Shown in pieces: positions 1 through 6,205 of a stretch of 10,170 nt of DNA. Source of the DNA: a virus (lineage: Duplodnaviria; Heunggongvirae; Uroviricota; Caudoviricetes); IMG/VR virus record IMGVR_UViG_2609460354_000005, positions 1 through 10,170 of that record; one strand, 5' to 3'. Both the position numbers and the translations under genes were made by a program. The stretch's first letter is position 1; every line of letters starts with the position of its first letter. The notes beneath the pieces were generated by a model. That model made no database searches. It had not been told where the DNA came from and worked only from the letters and a program-made list of their open reading frames with translations.

Positions 1-91
1 TTTTGACAAACATATAATATTTTCAACAATATCCTGAGCCAGGTATATTCCAGTATAAGGCTCTGCCGGAAGGAATCTGGAAGAATGAATA

Positions 92-168
92 TGGCGCGCT
101 GTACTGGATTCGAATCAGTGACCGATTGCTTAGAAGGCAATTGCTCTGTCCGGCTGAGCTAACAACGC
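92..168 (-). tRNA. tRNA-Arg (anticodon UCU), phage-borne, argN-like
   Basis: Reverse complement folds as a 77-nt cloverleaf ending in CCA: 7-bp acceptor stem (one G-U), D-stem GCUC/GAGC, anticodon stem AUUGC/GCAAU with loop CUUCUAA (U33, UCU, A37), T-loop UUCGAAU. The T-stem pair next to the loop is A-C rather than the usual G-C. Position downstream of Q and tR' matches the ileZ-argN arrangement of Stx-type lambdoid phages (from memory). Confidence 0.75.
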
Positions 169-268
169 TGAATACCGATAATGGACCGCCATCGGGGACC
201 CGCCCCCGCACCAACAACCCTGTTATCGTGTCGTCTGCTCTTCCTGATAAGCTAATGGCGGTTTGTGA

Positions 269-344
269 TGGTGGCCCTTGCTGGATTTGAACCAGCGACC
301 TGGCGATTATGAGTCGCTCGCTCTCACCACTGAGCTAAAGGGCC
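269..344 (-). tRNA. tRNA with anticodon CAU, ileX/ileZ-like (tRNA-Ile2, lysidine-type, or Met)
   Basis: Reverse complement is a 76-nt cloverleaf GGCCCUU...AAGGGCCACCA with anticodon loop CUCAUAA and T-loop UUCAAAU. It closely resembles my recollection of E. coli ileX; Ile versus Met identity cannot be decided from sequence alone. Confidence 0.8.
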
Positions 345-380
345 GGGAGCAGAATAATAACGGTCCGTAATTAATTCCGC

Positions 381-407
381 AATAAAAAACCCGCTCGGCG
401 GCGGGTT
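381..407 (-). terminator. Rho-independent terminator, tR'-like, downstream of Q
   Basis: On the minus strand: GC-rich hairpin ACCCGC-cgccga-GCGGGU followed by UUUUUUAUU. Lies between the Q stop codon and the tRNA genes. Confidence 0.65.
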
Positions 408-448
408 GTAGAAACTCTTCTAACGTCAGGCATAAAAAGCCCATCGTT

Positions 449-483
449 ATGACGAATTTACCACAAATTCCGGAAAAATCAAC
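449..483 (-). promoter_or_regulatory. Candidate late promoter (pR'-like) with presumed Q-utilisation region
   Basis: Minus-strand TTGATT (477-482), 16-bp spacer, TAAATT (455-460), about 50-60 nt upstream of the tR'-like hairpin and just after the Q stop. Motif match only. Confidence 0.3.
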
Positions 484-487
484 CTTG

Positions 488-1309
488 TTACCTAGTTACC
501 TTTTTTAACTGCCGCTCAGCCCATGCTTCTTCAATATCAAACCGGGTCACCAGCGCATCATAGAATTTCTTAACTGTTTTTTCCCATGACGCGCGTGTTA
601 TCTGGTTTGTCACCTCGCATATAGCATTAAATGCCTCCGTTGATGGTAGTCTTTCATAGCCACGACCACCACAACGCTGGCAGTCTCTGATAACAGGCAT
701 ACCACGTTTTACCGACTCTTCACGGTGAATGGCGACACCACGCCCACGGCAATCCTTACAGGCGGTGGAAACCTCACCTTTTCCGCCACACTCCGGACAG
801 GCAACTTTTACCACCTCCCTGACTTTTTTCCATTCTTCCCAGTAAGACGGATACACACCTTTCGTACACTTTGCCCATACCGGCGGCTTACCATCCGGAT
901 ACTGGACCTTGTTTGTAAAAACTACGCTTTCAATAAATTTTTCCCCATAGCAACAAGGGCACTGCTTTTTACTCGCTGCGCTGCGGGCATAATCCTCAAA
1001 AGCGTACGAAGCCATAATGCGCATCACTAACGGTTTTATTTCTGCCGGAAGTTTTCTCAACGCCGCCACACGATCGCACCGACTGAGTGCATAATCTGCC
1101 AGTAATTCTGTTGCCCGCGCCCTGTCATTCATACTGATGCCCATTTTCCCCAGGAACGCAGAAAACCCCATCTCAGCCCGATTCTGTGTCATGCCCTGCG
1201 CGGCCATCACATCAGTGATACTCAGCGCATCTTTTGACGTTGAGGCCGATGCATCGGTCAGGCAAGGGGATTTTGGGGAGTAGTATTTCGGTAAATCTTC
1301 CAGTTTCAT
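488..1309 (-). CDS. Late-gene antitermination protein Q (phage 82 / Qin quuQ-ydfT type)
   Basis: 273-aa ORF with several CxxC zinc-finger motifs (CPCCYGEK, CPECGGKG...CKDCRGRG, CQRCGGRG). Its ATG overlaps the rusA stop (ATGA). Position immediately upstream of the terminator and tRNAs is typical of lambdoid Q genes. Confidence 0.7.
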   Translation of the reverse strand: MKLEDLPKYYSPKSPCLTDASASTSKDALSITDVMAAQGMTQNRAEMGFSAFLGKMGISMNDRARATELLADYALSRCDRVAALRKLPAEIKPLVMRIMASYAFEDYARSAASKKQCPCCYGEKFIESVVFTNKVQYPDGKPPVWAKCTKGVYPSYWEEWKKVREVVKVACPECGGKGEVSTACKDCRGRGVAIHREESVKRGMPVIRDCQRCGGRGYERLPSTEAFNAICEVTNQITRASWEKTVKKFYDALVTRFDIEEAWAERQLKKVTR

Positions 1310-1686
1310 TTTTTGACCTGCTCTTCATGCATTATGGGGTAAATCTTCACCCCCATACGTCCACCAGATACTGGCTGACCACGAACGATATTGATTTCAT
1401 CAAACTGCTCATCGTCCATTAACACTCCCGCATGCGTCAGCGCATCCAGTGGTGCTTTCAGGATATTGTCCAGGTCACGACGGCGCTTATCCGATGGCTC
1501 TGCAATAATCTTTATCGCCAGCCTTCCGGACAGGTTTAATTTCAACCGCTGCTGGCGAACAATTAGCGCCACATCACGGCGATAACGCTTTCCGGCTTCC
1601 GAGATGAAATACGTATTGCCATGACGTCGCCAGTAGGTATTCACCGTCGGCGGGTAAGGCAAAACAAATTCTATGCGTTCAGTCAT
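1306..1686 (-). CDS. rusA: Crossover junction endodeoxyribonuclease RusA (Holliday junction resolvase)
   Basis: 126-aa ORF with RusA-family signatures (VLPYPPTVNTYWRR...KRRRDLDNILKAPLDALTHAGVLMDDEQ), similar to my recollection of E. coli RusA. Lies directly upstream of Q, as in lambdoid nin regions. Confidence 0.85.
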   Translation of the reverse strand: MTERIEFVLPYPPTVNTYWRRHGNTYFISEAGKRYRRDVALIVRQQRLKLNLSGRLAIKIIAEPSDKRRRDLDNILKAPLDALTHAGVLMDDEQFDEINIVRGQPVSGGRMGVKIYPIMHEEQVKK

Positions 1687-2742
1687 TCATGCTTTCCACT
1701 TCAGGACACCCGAATTTCTCGCGTGCATTAAAAAACGAATCAGCAACAACAGCTGGCTGCCGTGTTTTTCTTCAAAATCTTTTACCCCGGCGTGCAGTTC
1801 GTTATGACATTTACGGCACAGCGGAATAACAAACAAATCATCAGCCTTTGTTCCCATCCCTCCCAGTCCATGACCAATGATGTGATGCGGATCATCTGCC
1901 TGATTACCGCACGTCATGCATTTCTGCGTTTTTACCCAGCGCGTGTATACAGGCATCTCTTCCCGTTGTGGTTTCTGGCGCTGGAGATACTGAGCCGGTG
2001 ACTCCGGATCAACGGCAATGCTTACCACCGTCTTTTCCTGTGGCGGGTTTTGCTGGTGGGCGTGAGGCATCGGCGCAAGATTTTTTGTGCGCTGCTTCAG
2101 TATGCTGGTGGCGGTCTGCTCTCCCGGCACGATGTCGCTTTCGCGGTACACCGAGCAGTTTTTTTCCGCTGGTAATCCCAGCGAGCGACGTAATACCGCT
2201 TCCGGTAGCGCGTCCGCCACCTGATTGCGGACCGCCCACCAGGATAATTCAGCCAGAGATAATTCACGCTCCTGCGTACCGCTTATTGCGTGACCGATGA
2301 CGTCAATCATCCATGCTGACAGGTTTTGATGAGCAAGTTGCTCGAGTGATTCGGATGTCTGGTCACGCAGCTGGTTGTCGCAGTGCCAGCACAACACCAT
2401 TGCGCCGGTACCATAACGGTGAATAACGGTTTCGCTGTGATGATAATCGCCGTGTGGCCACTGGCAGGATTTAATATGGCGCAACAGCCAGTCAGACAAT
2501 GCACCAGCACCACCAGCAGCACGAATTACCCGTGCGTTACTGAAAAACGGCAGCAATGTTTTGTCTTCCACCAGCGGCTGGCGAACGGCAGGAACGACCC
2601 CGGACGGCAGATTACGCATGCTTTTCGGTTCCGGCTCCACCAGTACCCGGGTATTGTGGAATACCGGCATGGATTCACGGCCCGGCTTAACGACCACCAG
2701 CCCGAGTTCCGGTACCAGAACAGGTCGAAGTAATACCCGCAC
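1687..2742 (-). CDS. DUF968-family phage protein (YdfU-like) with C-terminal Cys/His HNH-like motif
   Basis: 351-aa ORF with GTG start preceded by GGAGGT. C-terminus carries CMTCGN...HHIIGHGLGG...CRKCHNELH. Placement between rem-side genes and rusA matches ydfU in Qin. Start codon uncertain. Confidence 0.6.
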   Translation of the reverse strand: MRVLLRPVLVPELGLVVVKPGRESMPVFHNTRVLVEPEPKSMRNLPSGVVPAVRQPLVEDKTLLPFFSNARVIRAAGGAGALSDWLLRHIKSCQWPHGDYHHSETVIHRYGTGAMVLCWHCDNQLRDQTSESLEQLAHQNLSAWMIDVIGHAISGTQERELSLAELSWWAVRNQVADALPEAVLRRSLGLPAEKNCSVYRESDIVPGEQTATSILKQRTKNLAPMPHAHQQNPPQEKTVVSIAVDPESPAQYLQRQKPQREEMPVYTRWVKTQKCMTCGNQADDPHHIIGHGLGGMGTKADDLFVIPLCRKCHNELHAGVKDFEEKHGSQLLLLIRFLMHARNSGVLKWKA

Positions 2743-2743
2743 G

Positions 2744-3022
2744 TTACCTCCAGATGCGTTGCTGGAATGTACGGGACGGACGCGGTGGGCGTTCGGAGTA
2801 AGGCAATCTGACTGAGATTATCCAGTGACGGTAGTCGAGACTAAGAGCTTTCTTAACCTCGTATCCGCGCCTGCGGTAACACTGAATTATCCATTCAGCC
2901 TGCTCTTCAGTGCATGGAGGGTGCTGGAACCATTCAGACTTGAATGCGTGAGAATACCGCTCGTGCGTGCAGGCAAGAACGGGCGAATTATCAGAATTGA
3001 AATATTTTACGTTGCGTGCCAT
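2744..3022 (-). CDS. Hypothetical small phage protein (92 aa, Cys/His-containing)
   Basis: ATG at 3022 preceded by GGAGAAAACCG; stop 1 nt before the DUF968 start, so it is tightly packed in the same minus-strand operon. No family recognised. Confidence 0.45.
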   Translation of the reverse strand: MARNVKYFNSDNSPVLACTHERYSHAFKSEWFQHPPCTEEQAEWIIQCYRRRGYEVKKALSLDYRHWIISVRLPYSERPPRPSRTFQQRIWR

Positions 3023-3088
3023 CGGTTTTCTCCGGTGGCACGGTGTTACTCAGCGGGAGTTCAGCCCCGCGCAAGATTGTAGATGAGT

Positions 3089-3340
3089 TTATTCTTCTGC
3101 AAAAGCTGAAAAGCCTGCTTTTATTCCGATCTCTTTCAGTGCCTGTAATGAAGTGACAAACTCACCTTCGCGCAAGATAAATCCGTCTGTCACTCGACCA
3201 TCCACAAAATTAATTAACGCAGCCCCATTCTTTCGCAAACACATAATGCGGTAATGACTAACAAGATTTCCATTTTCAACGCACACAGCATAGAGGCCAT
3301 CTTCACAAAAAATTTTACGCAGTTCTTCGATGTTCATCAT
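3089..3340 (-). CDS. rem: Rem-like protein (Qin prophage Rem homolog)
   Basis: 83-aa ORF starting MMNIEELRKIF, preceded by GGAAGGA. Size and position next to hok match rem of K-12 Qin (recollection, not a database hit). Confidence 0.6.
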   Translation of the reverse strand: MMNIEELRKIFCEDGLYAVCVENGNLVSHYRIMCLRKNGAALINFVDGRVTDGFILREGEFVTSLQALKEIGIKAGFSAFAEE

Positions 3341-3455
3341 CAGAATCCTTCCGGATAATTAGCTCTCCCCTTTAAGGGACCATCCCTCTTATCCCTGCGC
3401 GCTACTTAAGTATTTTTGATTCTATTCCGGCACCGTCCAGAACTTCAAACGCGTG

Positions 3456-3487
3456 AAAATAAAAACAAAAACCCGCCGAAGCGGGTT
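3456..3487 (-). terminator. Rho-independent terminator at the 3' end of the hok mRNA
   Basis: Minus strand: ACCCGC-UUCG-GCGGGU (UUCG tetraloop) followed by UUUUUGUUUUUAUUUU, about 70 nt downstream of the hok stop. Confidence 0.7.
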
Positions 3488-3555
3488 AAGTGCGGGTGCG
3501 TTGAGGATGCCTGCCACATCAGAGGTGGCGAGGGATTTCTCCCTCGCCGGATCTC

Positions 3556-3711
3556 TTACTCCTCAGGTTCGTAAGCTGTGAAGACAGCGACCTCCGTCTG
3601 GCCGGTTCGGATTCGTACCTCGCAGAGGTCTTTCCTCGTTACCAGTGCCGTCACTATGACGGTTAAACAGATGACGATCAGGGCGATTAACATCGCCTTT
3701 TGCTGCTTCAT
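3556..3711 (-). CDS. hokD: Hok-family type I toxin (HokD/RelF-like, 51 aa)
   Basis: Internal ATG of the 70-aa track ORF gives MKQQKAMLIALIVICLTVIVTALVTRKDLCEVRIRTGQTEVAVFTAYEPEE: single transmembrane helix plus conserved Hok C-terminus. AAGGAGAAG Shine-Dalgarno lies 7-8 nt upstream. Confidence 0.85.
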   Translation of the reverse strand: MKQQKAMLIALIVICLTVIVTALVTRKDLCEVRIRTGQTEVAVFTAYEPEE

Positions 3712-3768
3712 AGCCTGCTTCTCCTTGCCTTTCGGCACGTAAGAGGCTAACCTACATGTGTCTAGCAT
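3556..3768 (-). CDS. mok-like overlapping reading frame (N-terminally extended frame sharing the hok stop)
   Basis: In-frame ATG 19 codons upstream of hok, same stop; mirrors the mokC/hokC arrangement in K-12 as I recall it. Confidence 0.5.
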   Translation of the reverse strand: MLDTCRLASYVPKGKEKQAMKQQKAMLIALIVICLTVIVTALVTRKDLCEVRIRTGQTEVAVFTAYEPEE

Positions 3769-3835
3769 GAAATTGGCCTCAGATTAATGTTAAGCGTCTC
3801 GCAGGACGCGTAATGTTAACTGGGGCTTTTCTCTA
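3758..3835 (+). ncRNA. Putative Sok-like antisense RNA with promoter (approximate)
   Basis: Inferred from hok/sok architecture: antisense to the mok start region. Plus-strand TTGCCT (3725-3730), 17-bp spacer, TAACCT (3748-3753) could drive it. Ends not defined; no clear terminator found. Confidence 0.3.
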
Positions 3836-4176
3836 TCTGCCGTTGGTGTTCATGCCCGAGGCAGATAGCCTCAAGCACCCGCAGCCATTCTACTTAACTA
3901 CCGTTACCTCGCCAATGTGAAATCAGTCAGAAAGGCGATCCATAAGAACAATAGCAAGACAATAAATCGCCATTACAGCCGTAATAGCCAGCGCACATTT
4001 GAGAACCAGCACCACAACCTCCTGTATTGGACGTACACCAGTCCTGATGAATATGAGGCTGTCTCGTCAGTGATTCAATACAACTATTGGGTATAGTTTC
4101 TCTGATTTTTTCTGTGGAAATGGGGCTCAACCACTAGTCATTTAATACGCAAAGTCCGATACAAGCTAACCTTCTA

Positions 4177-4200
4177 GTCCGCTTTGAGCGAAAAGCGGAC
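4177..4200. repeat. Palindromic hairpin GTCCGCTTT-gagcga-AAAGCGGAC (downstream flank of the HAD gene)
   Basis: Perfect 9-bp inverted repeat; the stem is the same as in the element at 5643-5666. No U-tract on either strand. Confidence 0.6.
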
Positions 4201-4260
4201 GTTGGAAGTTTAAAACTCGCGAACTACTCAGCGTCCATTGATGCGTATTGTGTAACGTGA

Positions 4261-4899
4261 TTAACCACAGATGATATTGAAACGTTCTCCGGAAATCTTG
4301 ACCATAATGTCAGACAGTTTGCTGACGGCATGGGCTTCAGATGATCCCAGAGCGTCAGGCTGAACAGCTATTACCGAAGCTCCACTTGCCAGCCCTGCTT
4401 TTATACCCGCAGATGCATCCTCAAATACCACGCATTCACCAGGCTCAAGGCCCAAAGCCAAAGCTGCTTTGATGTAACCCTCGGGACTTGGTTTTCCCGT
4501 CATTACATCTTCTGCACACACCATTACTATGGGTAAGGGGAGATTAGCCGCTTTCATCCTGTTTTCGGCAAGCATTCTGCCTGCAGAAGTGACAAGTGCC
4601 CAGCTATCCGGTGGCAGTTTTGATAAGAGTGCAGCGGCCCCTTTTACTTCAGTAACGCCTTCTGTCATGTTGATTTCAACCTCTTCGAGTGAGGCCGCGA
4701 TTTTATTGGTTTTCTCACCTGCACCAATAAAATGCGTCAGTGTATCAATCGTTTGCCGCCCGTGTGCGTAAGCAATCACAGCCTGAGTATCAAGACCGTA
4801 TTCTGCACAAAAATCTCTCCAGACGCTTTCCACTACGGCTGTTGAATCAACCAGCGTACCGTCCATATCGAATAAAAAACCCTTAGCGTTGAATATCAT
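4261..4899 (-). CDS. HAD-superfamily hydrolase (subfamily IA, beta-phosphoglucomutase / sugar-phosphatase-like)
   Basis: Motif I FDMDGTLVDS (DxDGT), motif II LVTSAG, conserved Lys in GKPSPEG, motif IV FEDASAGIKAG. Start placed at the second ATG (4899), which has AAGGA at optimal spacing; the track ORF begins 2 codons earlier at 4905. Confidence 0.8.
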   Translation of the reverse strand: MIFNAKGFLFDMDGTLVDSTAVVESVWRDFCAEYGLDTQAVIAYAHGRQTIDTLTHFIGAGEKTNKIAASLEEVEINMTEGVTEVKGAAALLSKLPPDSWALVTSAGRMLAENRMKAANLPLPIVMVCAEDVMTGKPSPEGYIKAALALGLEPGECVVFEDASAGIKAGLASGASVIAVQPDALGSSEAHAVSKLSDIMVKISGERFNIICG

Positions 4900-4928
4900 T
4901 GCCATTCCTTAATGGTTGCAGAAGAAAG

Positions 4929-5567
4929 TTAATCAAACCATGTTTTTTCATCACCTTTCGCTACTCTCAGGCTGACAGCAATCTGCTCAGGCACAATTCT
5001 TGAAAGCGACAATTCAGGCAGGTCGTTGACATCAAAAAAATCAGCATCGAGTGACTCATGGCTGATTGACAGGCTGCCACCTACTTCTTCACAGAGAAAA
5101 ATCAGCTTGTAAACATGCCAGGGTAAAGGCGGATGGCCGTGAAGATTACGATCCCAAACTCCCAATAGTTTAGTCACTCTGACTTTTAATCCGGTTTCTT
5201 CTTCGACTTCTCGACGCACAGCTTCAGAAGGTGTATCTCCAACATCTGCCCATCCGCCAGGAAGACTCCATAATCCATCTGCAGCCTCTTTCACCATCAG
5301 AATACGATTATTACGCAGGATAAACGCACGCACATCTGTTTTGGGCGTCGCGTAACCCGTTTCCGATACATGAAACAAATCATTGCGGCTAATATCAAAC
5401 TGCGAACTCAGCAGTCCAGCGGCAATTTCACGCAAGGCTTCATAGCGTTCCTTGTCAAAGACGTCTTTTGAATAGGTCAGGCCTGACTGCGCGAGGGCCT
5501 TTAGTCTCTGGGCAACAAAAATAAGCTTTTCTTGGGTCAACACTTCAGACATGTTTTTCATCTTCAT
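4929..5567 (-). CDS. Nudix hydrolase with N-terminal extension (Nudix_N-type, ADP-ribose pyrophosphatase-like)
   Basis: Near-canonical Nudix box GWADVGDTPSEAVRREVEEETGL preceded by an approximately 70-aa N-terminal domain. About 25-30 nt upstream of the HAD gene on the same strand. Start codon uncertain (ATGs at 5567, 5561, 5552; no strong Shine-Dalgarno). Confidence 0.8.
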   Translation of the reverse strand: MKMKNMSEVLTQEKLIFVAQRLKALAQSGLTYSKDVFDKERYEALREIAAGLLSSQFDISRNDLFHVSETGYATPKTDVRAFILRNNRILMVKEAADGLWSLPGGWADVGDTPSEAVRREVEEETGLKVRVTKLLGVWDRNLHGHPPLPWHVYKLIFLCEEVGGSLSISHESLDADFFDVNDLPELSLSRIVPEQIAVSLRVAKGDEKTWFD

Positions 5568-5642
5568 TTATGTATTCAGAGTTCCTGTTAAGGATACTGC
5601 TCAATTCAATGAAGAATAACAAATGCATCTGGCACCTGCTAT

Positions 5643-5666
5643 GTCCGCTTCTGGCACAAAGCGGAC
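5643..5666. repeat. Palindromic hairpin GTCCGCTT-ctggcaca-AAGCGGAC (upstream flank of the Nudix gene)
   Basis: Perfect 8-bp inverted repeat with the same stem as 4177-4200. Confidence 0.6.
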
Positions 5667-5763
5667 AACCACGCCAGATCTACCCTGTGCCATGAAAAAT
5701 GAGAATGTCAATTCACTCCTGAACTAATGCTTTTTAATCTAGTAACGTCTAAAATACCTAACA

Positions 5764-6165
5764 TTATCCCTGATAAAATGCCAGTATGCGCTGCATAACT
5801 TCACTCATCCGGCACTCGCGACAGATTATGTTTAGGCGACTGTCGTAGCGACGTATTTCTCCATCAGGTAACGACCAGATAAGGTCCGGATCAACCACAG
5901 CTGTTTTCTTCACCTTTGCCCTCGAGAGTTTTTTGCGGGCGTTTTGCCAGTCCTTACGCGCCTGTTCAGACGGGAATAACCCGTAGCCGGAGTTGTATAC
6001 ATCGCCACTGGCTACCAGCTCTCTGGCAAGAACGCTCATCAGATATCTAGTCGCACCTGTTTTAGCTTCCAGTTGCCGTAACGTCTCACGACCGCTCTGG
6101 CGCACGAGTTCCACCACCTGCCCTTTAATTTTTTCCCGCTCTTCTTGTGTAAAAACTTTTGCCAC
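5764..6165 (-). CDS. Hypothetical protein (133 aa) downstream of the replication initiator gene
   Basis: GTG start preceded by a strong AAGGGGGA Shine-Dalgarno, about 40 nt after the initiator stop. No family recognised; not lambda P or DnaC-like by size or sequence. Confidence 0.5.
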   Translation of the reverse strand: MAKVFTQEEREKIKGQVVELVRQSGRETLRQLEAKTGATRYLMSVLARELVASGDVYNSGYGLFPSEQARKDWQNARKKLSRAKVKKTAVVDPDLIWSLPDGEIRRYDSRLNIICRECRMSEVMQRILAFYQG

Positions 6166-6205
6166 AAGTCCCCCTTAAAATTACCTCATGACCTGAAATC
6201 AAAAC

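Noticed and set aside
1-91. Possible third tRNA (argO-like) downstream of tRNA-Arg
   Set aside because: No acceptor-stem or T-loop signature found on either strand in the first 91 bp; if present in this phage it lies outside the window.
23-217. 64-aa minus-strand ORF
   Set aside because: Overlaps the tRNA-Arg gene and the inter-tRNA spacer; the tRNA fold explains this sequence.
725-1030. 101-aa plus-strand ORF antisense within Q (also 1234-1422 and 1391-1585 antisense to Q/rusA)
   Set aside because: Lie entirely inside better-supported minus-strand genes with recognisable family motifs; no ribosome-binding sites seen.
1762-2815. Several plus- and minus-strand ORFs inside or overlapping the DUF968 gene (1762-2001, 1968-2300, 2009-2239, 2307-2522, 2383-2733, 2561-2815)
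   Set aside because: All overlap the DUF968 coding frame, have low-complexity or Pro/Arg-rich translations, and are typical shadow ORFs of a GC-rich gene.
2825-3082. 85-aa plus-strand ORF antisense to the 92-aa gene
   Set aside because: Opposite strand to a tightly coupled minus-strand operon; the minus-strand frame has a good Shine-Dalgarno and this one does not.
4529-4771. 80-aa plus-strand ORF inside the HAD gene
   Set aside because: Antisense shadow ORF; the HAD frame carries all four catalytic motifs.
3850-5763. relBE toxin-antitoxin genes expected from K-12 Qin synteny
   Set aside because: No RelE- or RelB-like ORFs are present; the slot instead holds the Nudix-HAD cassette and non-coding DNA.
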